Notes under the pieces: model-generated | Database searches by the model: none | What the model was told of the DNA's origin: nothing | Seen by the model: the letters and a program-made list of their open reading frames with translations, nothing else | Assembly (NCBI GenBank): GCA_965222075.1 | Contig: OZ244937.1 | Location: forward strand, 2,464,001 to 2,528,000 | Origin: Candidatus Latescibacterota bacterium | GTDB taxonomy: Bacteria > Latescibacterota > UBA2968 > GCA-2709665 | Reading direction: 5' to 3' | Length of the DNA: 64,000 bases | Translations under genes and position numbers: made by a program | In this document: positions 22,476 to 32,659 of the stretch, in pieces | How the letters are laid out: each line of letters begins with the position of its first letter | Position numbering within the stretch: position 1 is the first letter of the stretch

Positions 22476-23414
22476 ATGCTGGGAAACCTCCTCAACAGAT
22501 TCAAAAAGGGACTGACCAAAACCCGGGAAGGGATGTTTGGAAAGATCAGGGAGGTCATCCGCCGCCACCCGGAACTCGACGAGCAGACCTTAGAGGACAT
22601 CGAAGACATCCTCATCCAGGCCGATGTGGGTGTCGACCCTACCCTGCGCATCATAGACCGCCTCCGGGAACGGGTGAAAATCCACCATGCGCCTGCCGAG
22701 GCCGAGGGGATTGTACAACGCTTCCTCGAAGCGGAAATCCTCCAAATCCTCCAGTCGCCGCAACCCCAGGCCCAACCCTCACCGGCCGCAACCCCTTATG
22801 TCATCCTCGTGGTGGGGGTCAACGGCGTGGGGAAAACCACCACCATCGGTAAAATGGCTGCACGCTACAGGGCCGGTGGCAAGCGGGTGCTCTTGGCCGC
22901 CTGCGACACCTTCCGAGCCGCTGCCATCGACCAGCTTTCCATCTGGGCCGAGCGCACGGGCGCCGACCTCGTCCGCCACCGGCCCGGCGCCGATGCGGCC
23001 TCCGTGGCCTTCGACGCCCTCTCCGCCGCCAGGTCCAGGGGCATCGACATCGTCCTCATCGACACTGCCGGGCGCCTGCACACCAGGGTCAACCTGATGG
23101 GTGAACTCAAAAAGATTCGACGCGTGCTGGGCAAGTGCCAGGACGGCGCCCCCCACGAAACCCTGCTCGTCCTGGATGCCGCCACCGGCCAGAACGCCAT
23201 TGCCCAGGCCCGTCAGTTCCACACCGACCTGGACATCACCGGCCTGATCCTTGCCAAACTCGACGGCACCGCCAAGGGCGGGGTAGTCATCGCCATTGCC
23301 GACGAACTCGGCCTCCCGGTCCGCATGATCGGCTTTGGAGAAGGCCCGGACGACTACAACGACTTTGACCCCGACGCCTTTGTCAAAGCCCTCTTCGAAG
23401 ATATCAAAGAATAA
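22476..23414 (+). CDS. ftsY: SRP receptor FtsY
   Basis: [36 protein letters not shown]; ATG 22476 after GGAG. Confidence 0.95.
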   Translation: MLGNLLNRFKKGLTKTREGMFGKIREVIRRHPELDEQTLEDIEDILIQADVGVDPTLRIIDRLRERVKIHHAPAEAEGIVQRFLEAEILQILQSPQPQAQPSPAATPYVILVVGVNGVGKTTTIGKMAARYRAGGKRVLLAACDTFRAAAIDQLSIWAERTGADLVRHRPGADAASVAFDALSAARSRGIDIVLIDTAGRLHTRVNLMGELKKIRRVLGKCQDGAPHETLLVLDAATGQNAIAQARQFHTDLDITGLILAKLDGTAKGGVVIAIADELGLPVRMIGFGEGPDDYNDFDPDAFVKALFEDIKE

Positions 23415-23460
23415 AACAACCAATTGTTTATAATAAAATTATTCACATTATAGAAAAACC

Positions 23461-23489
23461 TTGATGTTAACGTTAAAGTTGGGTATATT
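23461..23489 (+). promoter_or_regulatory. Sigma70 promoter of iscS-mrp-moeZ with AT-rich upstream region
   Basis: TTGATG-N17-TATATT. Confidence 0.6.
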
Positions 23490-23516
23490 CCCGTCAGACG
23501 GCCTGATCCTCCACCT

Positions 23517-23542
23517 GTAGGGGCAAACGGCCGGTCGCCCCT
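23517..23542 (+). repeat. GTAG-type REP-like palindrome
   Basis: GTAGGGGC...GCCCCT; relatives at 22425-22448, 56835-56859, 16561-16585. Confidence 0.6.
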
Positions 23543-23561
23543 TAAGACACCAGGAATCCCA

Positions 23562-24779
23562 ATGTCGGTCAAAACCCCCATCTACATGGACTGCCATGCC
23601 ACCACGCCTGTCGATGAGCGGGTGCTGGAAGCCATGCTCCCCTATTTTGGCGAAAAATTCGGGAACGCAGCCAGCCGCACCCACACCTTTGGGTGGACCG
23701 CCGAAGCCGCCGTGGACGATGCTCGGCAACAGGTTGCCTCGCTGATCGGCGCAAAGCCCACAGAGATCATCTTTACCAGCGGGGCAACCGAGGCCGACAA
23801 CCTGGCCATCAAGGGCGTGACCGCCATGCACCCGGACCGGAGGGCGCACATCGTCACGCAGGCCACCGAGCACCACGCCGTCCTCGACCCCTTGAAGGCC
23901 CTGAAGCGGCAGGGCTACGGGATTACCGTACTGCCGGTCGACCGCTACGGGCGGGTCAGCCCGGAGGCCGTGGCCTTGGCCATCACGGACGAAACCACCC
24001 TGGTCTCCATCATGGCCGCCAACAACGAAATCGGCACCCTTCAACCCATCGCCGAAATCGGATCGATCTGCAAAGAACGGGGCGTTCTCTTCCACACCGA
24101 TGCCACCCAGGCCGTGGGCAAAATCTCCATTCACGTCGAGGCCCTGAACATCGACCTTCTCTCCCTCTCCGCCCACAAACTCTACGGGCCCAAAGGCGTC
24201 GGCGCGCTTTACGTGCGCAGCCGCCCCCGGGTGCGGCTCATCGCCCAGATGGACGGCGGAGGCCACGAACGGAGCATGCGCTCCGGCACTTTGAACGTAC
24301 CCGGAATCGTCGGCCTGGGGGCAGCCTGTGAAATCGCCGGCGCCGAAATAGCCTCGGAAGGCCCACGGATTCGGAAGCTCCGGGACCGCCTGGAAGAAAA
24401 AATCGCCGGCGGCCTCAACGAGGTCCACCTCAACGGCCATCCTCAAGAACGGCTCGACGGCAACCTCAATCTCAGCTTCGCCGGCGCGGACGGAGAAAGC
24501 CTCCTGATGGGACTCGGTGAAATCGCCCTCTCTTCCGGGTCGGCCTGCACATCGGCCACCTTAGAGCCCTCTTACGTCCTCCGGGCCCTTGGTGTGAAAG
24601 ACGACCTGGCCCAGAGCAGCCTCCGGTTCGGACTGGGCCGCTTCAATACCCAGGCTGAGGTCGCCCACGTCGTCGACCGGGTCATCGCAGAAGTCAACCG
24701 CCTGCGGGAGATCTCGCCCTTCTCAAAACGTGAAACCAGGGCGCGAAGACGAGCCAGTGTTTCACCTTTCACACCTTGA
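23562..24779 (+). CDS. iscS: Cysteine desulfurase
   Basis: FTSGATEADN, SAHKLYGPKG, RSGTLN, SSGSACTS. Confidence 0.95.
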   Translation: MSVKTPIYMDCHATTPVDERVLEAMLPYFGEKFGNAASRTHTFGWTAEAAVDDARQQVASLIGAKPTEIIFTSGATEADNLAIKGVTAMHPDRRAHIVTQATEHHAVLDPLKALKRQGYGITVLPVDRYGRVSPEAVALAITDETTLVSIMAANNEIGTLQPIAEIGSICKERGVLFHTDATQAVGKISIHVEALNIDLLSLSAHKLYGPKGVGALYVRSRPRVRLIAQMDGGGHERSMRSGTLNVPGIVGLGAACEIAGAEIASEGPRIRKLRDRLEEKIAGGLNEVHLNGHPQERLDGNLNLSFAGADGESLLMGLGEIALSSGSACTSATLEPSYVLRALGVKDDLAQSSLRFGLGRFNTQAEVAHVVDRVIAEVNRLREISPFSKRETRARRRASVSPFTP

Positions 24780-24795
24780 AAAGGAGCTTGTTACC

Positions 24796-25608
24796 GTGCA
24801 AATGCAGCCCGGCCCACCTCAGCCCCTCCCGGAAGTCCGGCACACCATCGCCGTATCCAGCGGGAAAGGAGGCGTCGGCAAAACCACCGTCAGCGTCAAC
24901 CTCTCGGTTGTCCTGGCCAGGTTAGAAGGCGCCGTGGGCCTCTTAGATGCCGACATCTACGGTCCCAACGTACCCATGATGATGGGCGTCAAGAAACAGC
25001 CCGAGGCCGTTGACGGCAAAATCCTTCCCCTCGAAAATTACGGCGTCAAGCTGATGTCGCTCGGCTTCATCACCGGCGAAGACACCCCGGTCATCTGGCG
25101 CGGGCCCATTGTCGGGAAAATCATCCAGCAGTTCCTCACCGATGTTGTCTGGGGCGCGCTTGAACACCTCATCGTCGACCTCCCCCCCGGTACTGGCGAT
25201 GCCCAGTTGACCCTCGCCCAGACGATCCCCTTAAGCGGTGCGGTGATCGTCACCACCCCCCAGGATGTGGCGCTGGAAGACGTTCGACGCAGCATCGCCA
25301 TGTTCCGGAAGGTCGATGTCCCTATCCTGGGCGTGGTCGAGAACATGAGCTACTTTGTCTGTCCCTGCTGCAAAGACCGGGCCCCCATCTTCGGAGAGGG
25401 CGGAGGCGGTAAAATCGCAGCCTACTTCGACATCCCCCTCCTGGGCCAGATCCCCATCGTTCCCGACATCCGTGAAGGGGGAGACAGGGGGAAGCCTGTT
25501 GCCGCTTCCGACGCTGAAACCGCCAAAACCTTTCTCCAAATCGCCCAAAATGTCGCAGAGCAACTCAACGCGCAGGAAGACACGGGCCCGGAGATCACCA
25601 TCTCATAA
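24796..25608 (+). CDS. Mrp/ApbC Fe-S carrier ATPase
   Basis: [33 protein letters not shown]; GTG start after AAGGAG. Confidence 0.9.
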   Translation: MQMQPGPPQPLPEVRHTIAVSSGKGGVGKTTVSVNLSVVLARLEGAVGLLDADIYGPNVPMMMGVKKQPEAVDGKILPLENYGVKLMSLGFITGEDTPVIWRGPIVGKIIQQFLTDVVWGALEHLIVDLPPGTGDAQLTLAQTIPLSGAVIVTTPQDVALEDVRRSIAMFRKVDVPILGVVENMSYFVCPCCKDRAPIFGEGGGGKIAAYFDIPLLGQIPIVPDIREGGDRGKPVAASDAETAKTFLQIAQNVAEQLNAQEDTGPEITIS

Positions 25609-25676
25609 TAAGCATTCAATACATTGTTTCTGATCCTTTTTACGCACAGCAAACCCGCTTCCAAAGGGGGCACACG

Positions 25677-26861
25677 ATGGGCACAGCCTTCGACCAACAC
25701 ATCACCAGAGTCAAATCGGAAGTCCAGGAGATCTCCCCACAAGAGGCGCAGCAGCGTCTTGAGGAGGCGAACGCCATCCTGCTCCTGGATGTCCGGGAAC
25801 GTGAAGACTATGCGAACGGATACATTCGGGACGCAGAGAACCTGCCCCGGGGCTTTCTCGAGCTTCAAATAGAGGGAAAATCCAACGACCGGTCCGCCGC
25901 CATCCTGGTCTACGGCGATGAGAACCAGGGGCCGCTGGCCGCCCGCGACCTTCAAAACATGGGCTACACCGACGTAACCTGCATCGAAGGAGGATTTGAC
26001 GCCTGGGTCGCGGCGGGCCTCCCCCAGGCCCGGCACAGGGCCCTCAGCAAGGCCGAGGTCCAGCGCTACTCCAGACACCTCCTCGTCCCGGAAGTAGGGG
26101 AAAAGGGGCAGGGCAAGCTCTTAGACGCCAGGGTCCTGATGATCGGCGCCGGTGGCCTGGGAAGCCCGGCGGCGTTCTACTTAGCCGCCGCAGGAGTGGG
26201 CACCATCGGCATTGTGGACGCCGACATGGTCGATGTGACCAACCTGCAGCGCCAGATCCTCCACGGCACCTCCGACCTGGGGCGGCCCAAGGCCATCTCC
26301 GCCTATGAGACCCTCCGGGACCTCAATCCGGGGTGCAACGTCGTTCCATACGTGGACTACCTCTCCTCGGATAATGTGATGGATATCCTGGCCGACTACG
26401 ACATCGTGGTCAACGGGTGCGACAACTTCCCCACCCGCTATCTGATCAACGACGCCTGCGTCTTCACACGCAAGCCGCTTGTGGACGGATCCATCTTCCG
26501 CTTCGACGGCCAGGTGACGGTCTTTACCTGCGATTCGGAAGGGCCCTGCTACCGCTGCCTCTATCCCGAACCACCGCCCGCCGAACTGGCCCCCTCCTGC
26601 GCCGAGGCGGGCGTTCTGGGCGTGCTGCCGGGCACGGTTGGCGTGATCCAGGCCACGGAGACGATCAAACTTATCCTCGGCCAGGGCGACCCGCTCATCG
26701 GCAAGCTGCTGATGTATGACGCGCTTTCCATGAACTTCAAAACCTTCAAAATAAACCAGGATCCGAACTGCCCGGTATGTGGAGACAATCCGTCGGTCAC
26801 CGAACTGATCGACTACGAGGCCTTCTGCTCCGGAGTGAACCATCAGGTCGCTGCCGATTAG
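25677..26861 (+). CDS. moeB: Rhodanese-MoeB fusion (MoeZ-like sulfur-carrier adenylyltransferase)
   Basis: N-terminal rhodanese fold; RYSRHL, GAGGLG, NLQRQ, DNFPTRY, CYRC, CPVC. Confidence 0.9.
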   Translation: MGTAFDQHITRVKSEVQEISPQEAQQRLEEANAILLLDVREREDYANGYIRDAENLPRGFLELQIEGKSNDRSAAILVYGDENQGPLAARDLQNMGYTDVTCIEGGFDAWVAAGLPQARHRALSKAEVQRYSRHLLVPEVGEKGQGKLLDARVLMIGAGGLGSPAAFYLAAAGVGTIGIVDADMVDVTNLQRQILHGTSDLGRPKAISAYETLRDLNPGCNVVPYVDYLSSDNVMDILADYDIVVNGCDNFPTRYLINDACVFTRKPLVDGSIFRFDGQVTVFTCDSEGPCYRCLYPEPPPAELAPSCAEAGVLGVLPGTVGVIQATETIKLILGQGDPLIGKLLMYDALSMNFKTFKINQDPNCPVCGDNPSVTELIDYEAFCSGVNHQVAAD

Positions 26862-26868
26862 CGTTGAC

Positions 26869-26906
26869 GCAACAAAAGGGGCGCTCTTTTAAGAGCGCCC
26901 CTTTTC
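26869..26906. terminator. Bidirectional terminator, left edge of island 2
   Basis: AAAAGGGGCGCTC-TTTTAA-GAGCGCCCCTTTT. Confidence 0.85.
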
Positions 26907-27161
26907 TTTGTACGGCTTGTGCCTTCTGGTGGGTCAATTGGTTTGGTTATAGCCAATGGATTGATTTCGATGTATACTTGAGCATCGCCATAAGATTTAC
27001 CGGAGTAACATTTGCCCTGGAGGTGCTCGATGGCTCTGGGATAATCTCAGGTTACCACCGAAAAGTCCAATTCCGTCTGAATCATAACAAGCGAAGGGCC
27101 GAATGGCCCGGAGCCGGGCACAGTCGTGTTATAGGAAGTGCCAGCATGACAACTGCGCAGT

Positions 27162-27605
27162 TTATTCAGGCAATCTTACCATCTGAACGTGAGTAGAATC
27201 TTCATCGGCGATCTTGAATCCCAGCCTTTGGTAGAAGGCGATGCCACGGGGGTTGATCTTTAATACTTGAAGGGTCACAGCCTTCTCCTCAGCGCCAGCA
27301 TCGTCGATAATGCGTGTCATGCACGCTGACCCGATTCCTCTCCCCTGGTACTCAGGGAGGATAAAGAGCTGATGGACCTTGAGCGAATCGGAAGTAGAGG
27401 ATGTAGACAAGATACCAACGTCGTTTCCTTGAAATCGGATAACGTGAAAATCCTGTGAAGCAAACCGCGTATTATGTAGTTCCCTTTGATGGGTATGGTC
27501 CCAGCCCCAGACCTGTTCCACATATCCGCGGAATGCTGCCTCCTTCACGGCAAAGGCAAAGTCGCTGTCAAGCGCATTCGCCTTGCGAATGCTCAACTCC
27601 TCCAC
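27162..27605 (-). CDS. GNAT acetyltransferase (cassette-like)
   Basis: LFILPEYQGRGIG, LQVLKIN..IAFYQRLGF; probable GTG start 27605. Confidence 0.85.
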   Translation of the reverse strand: MEELSIRKANALDSDFAFAVKEAAFRGYVEQVWGWDHTHQRELHNTRFASQDFHVIRFQGNDVGILSTSSTSDSLKVHQLFILPEYQGRGIGSACMTRIIDDAGAEEKAVTLQVLKINPRGIAFYQRLGFKIADEDSTHVQMVRLPE

Positions 27606-27678
27606 GGCAAGACTCCCGATGCCACACTCGTCATGCGCCAAACTACTCACAACGTGTTGTCCCTGGTGACCATTTTGA

Positions 27679-27853
27679 TGGCATTTCCTATAACGTTTGG
27701 CGTCTGCGACGGCTTCCGGTCCGGCGCAGCCGGATTGGCGCAGCAGTTGCCATTCGCTTCTTTTTAAAATCACTTGCAACTGACGTGACAAAGGAAGCTG
27801 TGTCCGAAGGGCCGAAGGAGCGTAGCGACTGAAGCGCAGACATGGTGTTGGAC
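27679..27853 (+). mobile_element. attC-like integron cassette recombination site
   Basis: CCTATAAC...GTCTGCG / CGCAGAC...GTTGGAC; left end is a 15/16 inverted match to 27128-27143. Confidence 0.6.
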
Positions 27854-27950
27854 GAAGTTCTTGGGGTGGTGCCACTATCAGTTTTACATTCAAGGCGTTG
27901 ATAAAGCACGCGACATTAGGATTCGTTGCTTTTTTTCAGGACAGAACGGG

Positions 27951-28793
27951 TTATCCAGTAGGATAGGCACAGTCTGCATTTCCATTATCATAACTCCAAT
28001 AAACCATTGTTGCACTATCTTTTCCCTTTTCTTGATCAACCCTTTTCAACACTTCCAACACATTTGATTTGATCCCAACTTGCCCATCTGTGTTCTTCCT
28101 GGATAAACTCTCATAAAGGAATTCGGAATTCTCAAAAGGTCGAGACCCGCATTCCAATAATCCATCAGTGATCATGACTATCTGATTCTCGCTTTTTCTC
28201 AATTCTCTTGTTCCTGATGTATAACAGGGTACCGGCAAATCAAAAGAACTCACCTGCCCAATCCACTCATAATAGCTCCTTTGATTTAGAGCGTACTGGC
28301 CAAGATGGGCCAGCTCCGAATGGAACAAATAAATAAGGCAGTCTCCAATTGAAAACCACCATAAAAACCGATCTCTTTGAACACAGATCAAGCAAGCAGT
28401 TTCCCCTCGAATCTGTTTGCATTTGGTCTTAAAATCCTCCGAAGTGAACAGATCAATAAGAAGCCGGTGTAGTAATGAAAATAGCTTCTCTACGGGTAGA
28501 CCCAAAATGGCAGTAATGCGCTCTTCCTCTGATTCAATCATATCCAGAACCAATTTCGCGCTTTGAATGCTATTGTGAGCATCGAGCAATACTGCAAACT
28601 TCCAAGCCCCATTTTCTGCACACCAAACTAAAGCTCCATCCTCATTTTTGACAGCACCAGCGTCTGAATTGCCTCCATAACAGCCGACAATGACATCTCT
28701 ACAAGTTTGGATGGTGGGTTCATCCAAATACATATTATCACTGCCTAACCACCTAAATTTCAAGATGTTTCCATGATGCTCCGGAGTTTCCAT
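27951..28793 (-). CDS. PP2C-domain protein phosphatase-like protein, AT-rich
   Basis: KNEDG, LLDAH, FSIGDC, MITDGL, KDSAT metal-binding motifs. Confidence 0.75.
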   Translation of the reverse strand: METPEHHGNILKFRWLGSDNMYLDEPTIQTCRDVIVGCYGGNSDAGAVKNEDGALVWCAENGAWKFAVLLDAHNSIQSAKLVLDMIESEEERITAILGLPVEKLFSLLHRLLIDLFTSEDFKTKCKQIRGETACLICVQRDRFLWWFSIGDCLIYLFHSELAHLGQYALNQRSYYEWIGQVSSFDLPVPCYTSGTRELRKSENQIVMITDGLLECGSRPFENSEFLYESLSRKNTDGQVGIKSNVLEVLKRVDQEKGKDSATMVYWSYDNGNADCAYPTG

Positions 28794-28814
28794 TTACCTT
28801 GCCCTCCTTTAGCC

Positions 28815-31800
28815 GCTTCAATGAGGCCGCCTGCCTGTGCGGTGCACGCAGACAGGCGATCTAATGACCGCGGAAATAACCGGATACACGGACAGGGGGG
28901 TTAGGGGGGGAATGCTTCAATGAGGCCGCCTGCCTGTGCGGTGCACGCAGACAGGCGATCTAATGACCGCGGAAATGATGGATTCCGATTTCACTCCGGG
29001 GGTGACGCGATACCTGCTTCAATGAGGCCGCGATCTAATGACCGCGGAAATCCGAGGCACATATATCATACCCTGGCAAAAATCGTTGCTTCAATGAGGC
29101 CGCGATCTAATGACCGCGGAAATCCAGATGGACAGCACGGCTCATCGTGGTGGCTATATGCTTCAATGAGGCCGCGATCTAATGACCGCGGAAATGACGC
29201 CCCCGACGACCTCATAAAGAAATTCTACGACGAGCTTCAATGAGGCCGCGATCTAATGACCGCGGAAATGTGGGGTGGCAGCGGGCAAGAGGGGTATGAA
29301 GGCGATGCTTCAATGAGGCCGCGATCTAATGACCGCGGAAATACGAATTCGGATCCGCCTTCGGGGAGCTCGACGTCGCTTCAATGAGGCCGCGATCTAA
29401 TGACCGCAGAAATAGGCTGGGCAAGGGCAAGTCCGGCCCCATCCCTCATATGCTTCAATGAGGCCGCGATCTAATGACCGCGGAAATGTACTTTGGTATT
29501 CTGATTATGGCTTTGTTTCGGGGGCTTCAATGAGGCCGCGATCTAATGACCGCGGAAATGGATATGGACAGGTCAATACGAGAGGCGCTAATCAGGCTTC
29601 AATGAGGCCGCGATCTAATGACCGCGGAAATGGACCGGAAGGTAATCCATGACCGTATCGACAGACACGCTTCAATGAGGCCGCGATCTAATGACCGCGG
29701 AAATCCCACACACCGCCAGCACCCAGGCCGGCCGTCGTGATGCTTCAATGAGGCCGCGATCTAATGACCGCGGAAATCAGGATCACCAGCCGCAATGGGT
29801 ATGCCGGGTTGCCATATTGCTTCAATGAGGCCGCGATCTAATGACCGCGGAAATAAGCACCAGGAAGCACAAGACGCCACCTCCGAGAGGAGCTTCAATG
29901 AGGCCGCGATCTAATGACCGCGGAAATAGGGGTGCTTCGGGCCTTGCTGCCTTGCAACATATAGCTTCAATGAGGCCGCGATCTAATGACCGCGGAAATG
30001 CCCACCAACGCGATGCACACTTTACGCCAGGCATACGGCTTCAATGAGGCCGCGATCTAATGACCGCGGAAATAGGGCGAGGGAGAGGGGGGCGCGAATC
30101 AGTTCACTATGCTTCAATGAGGCCGCGATCTAATGACCGCGGAAATGTCGGGCCGGTGTTCCATGTCGAGCACGGTGCCCCCGCTTCAATGAGGCCGCGA
30201 TCTAATGACCGCGGAAATATGCTATGGTAATCTTTGAGCCGGCGAACGTTAAGTAGCTTCAATGAGGCCGCGATCTAATGACCGCGGAAATCACTTCAGA
30301 CCAGAACGAGAAGACCCGATATGACAAGCTTCAATGAGGCCGCGATCTAATGACCGCGGAAATATAGGTGGCCCCCTCAAGGCTATTCGCCATACCCTGG
30401 CTTCAATGAGGCCGCGATCTAATGACCGCGGAAATCGCTGTCGGGCAACTCACAATGGAGTAACTCTGCCTCGCTTCAATGAGGCCGCGATCTAATGACC
30501 GCGGAAATGACGTGAAATACGGCCTCAGCAACTTCGAGGACAAGACGGCTTCAATGAGGCCGCGATCTAATGACCGCGGAAATTCATCGTATGCCATTTC
30601 AACCCATTTCTCTTGACCTTGCTTCAATGAGGCCGCGATCTAATGACCGCGGAAATCACCCTCAGCCCGGCGGGCGCCGAGCCCTGGCCGTAGGCTTCAA
30701 TGAGGCCGCGATCTAATGACCGCGGAAATTCTTGGGGCCGGAGACGCTGCATCAGCTTCAGTGGTTTGCTTCAATGAGGCCGCGATCTAATGACCGCGGA
30801 AATTACACTATCGGATCGGCAAGCACAACGGGTTTCATTTGCTTCAATGAGGCCGCGATCTAATGACCGCGGAAATGCGGAAATTCTTGCGCTGGTTGCG
30901 TCGTTCCGCGACGTCGCTTCAATGAGGCCGCGATCTAATGACCGCGGAAATAATCTTTGGGGTGCGCCATGCTCACTCTCCGCTCTCGCTTCAATGAGGC
31001 CGCGATCTAATGACCGCGGAAATTTCAATGACGGTGTTCGCGACGGTGCCAAATTTGACGCTTCAATGAGGCCGCGATCTAATGACCGCGGAAATTTGGT
31101 GATTTATCAACTGGCTTTGAGTGACCTATTTCGCTTCAATGAGGCCGCGATCTAATGACCGCGGAAATGTATGGCGTAGAAATCGCCCCGGTGCTGACCA
31201 CCTCGCTTCAATGAGGCCGCGATCTAATGACCGCGGAAATGTGCTGATGGCCGAGACCCTGGAGGCGTGTATCAATCGGCTTCAATGAGGCCGCGATCTA
31301 ATGACCGCGGAAATTCGAAGTCGTCGTCGTCCTTATCGCAGGCGTAAAGGCTTCAATGAGGCCGCGATCTAATGACCGCGGAAATTTAATCTCATTCGCC
31401 GTCTTCGTCAGGCTGTTCAAAGCTTCAATGAGGCCGCGATCTAATGACCGCGGAAATCCTATGGCGTAGACCAGTTTCCCCCTCTGGGCGTCTTGCTTCA
31501 ATGAGGCCGCGATCTAATGACCGCGGAAATATGGCGAAAGCGAAAGCGGAAGCCTTGCATCAAAGCGCTTCAATGAGGCCGCGATCTAATGACCGCGGAA
31601 ATGCAGCTGGGGTCCGTCTCTGAGGTCATCGACAACAAGCTTCAATGAGGCCGCGATCTAATGACCGCGGAAATGCAGCTGGGGTCCGTCTCTGAGGTCA
31701 TCGACAACAAGCTTCAATGAGGCCGCGATCTAATGACCGCGGAAATGCAACCCGAAGCTCCGTTACCGGCGCAAGTCTGACAGGCTTCAATGAGGCCGCG

Positions 31801-32475
31801 ATCTAATGACCGCGGAAATCGTTCTTTGATTCTCTTTCATAACTTCGATCAGATAGCTTCAATGAGGCCGCGATCTAATGACCGCGGAAATGCGCCGGGG
31901 TGGGCCTTAATCCCGCTGAGCTCAAAGATGCTTCAATGAGGCCGCGATCTAATGACCGCGGAAATGCGGCAATTGCGCGCCGACCTTGTACGCCTGTTCC
32001 TTGCTTCAATGAGGCCGCGATCTAATGACCGCGGAAATCATGTTGTATACGGTGAAAAACGGCATCATGATTTGCTTCAATGAGGCCGCGATCTAATGAC
32101 CGCGGAAATGAGCTGGGCGTCGTCACACAGATGCGTGGGGGCCTCCTGCTTCAATGAGGCCGCGATCTAATGACCGCGGAAATAGTAAAAAACTTTGAGG
32201 ACCGAGAGCATGGAACGAAAGCTTCAATGAGGCCGCGATCTAATGACCGCGGAAATGCATAAGGGGCTGATCATGACAAAAGTCTACGTATCAGCTTCAA
32301 TGAGGCCGCGATCTAATGACCGCGGAAATTCTGGGCGCGTATGTTGCACGCAGGGTCCAAAACAGGCTTCAATGAGGCCGCGATCTAATGACCGCGGAAA
32401 TGATCTGAACGAAGAGCGGGCCGAGCGGGACGATACCCTGCTTCAATGAGGCCGCGATCTAATGACCGCGGAAAT
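28815..32475 (-). CRISPR. Type I-G (I-U) CRISPR array, 50 repeats / 49 spacers; repeat ATTTCCGCGGTCATTAGATCGCGGCCTCATTGAAGC
   Basis: 36-bp repeats counted by hand, spacers ~35-41 bp; 3' ATTGAAGC handle; leader on cas1 side; two trailer repeats are 63 bp; one point variant at 29408. Confidence 0.98.
28830..28856. mobile_element. 27-bp palindromic mini-insertion in terminal CRISPR repeat (second copy 28929-28955)
   Basis: CCTGCCTGTGCGGTGCACGCAGACAGG; removal restores exact consensus repeat. Confidence 0.85.
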
Positions 32476-32659
32476 AGCCTATACCGTAATCAACTTATTT
32501 TCAACAACCTGCCCAGGCAAATGCGAGCGGCCACATCCCAGACGCCTGAATCCGAATCCTCCACTGATCCCTCCTATGTTTAAGTGACTGTAAACATTGC
32601 CTCTTCAACCGACGCGAGCACCCTCCGGATTTTCCTCGCCGCCTCGCCGCTCGCAAGGC
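32476..32659 (-). promoter_or_regulatory. CRISPR leader
   Basis: Non-coding segment between cas1 stop and first repeat, with TGCGAGCGG (32522-32530) / CCGCTCGCA (32647-32655) inverted motifs. Confidence 0.8.

Noticed and set aside
23439-23447. DnaA-box-like TTATTCACA near parAB (oriC?)
   Set aside because: Single box in a short promoter spacer; no cluster and no dnaA nearby.
29343-29377. Spacer containing EcoRI, BamHI, SacI and AatII sites (polylinker-like)
   Set aside because: Reads as ordinary coding sequence (EFGSAFGELDV); likely coincidence.
28878-32439. Self-targeting spacers
   Set aside because: No match to the window noticed by eye; a proper alignment is still needed.
28920-32449. 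ORFs with repeating MRPRSNDRGN / FPRSLDRGLIEA
   Set aside because: Translations of CRISPR repeats, not proteins.
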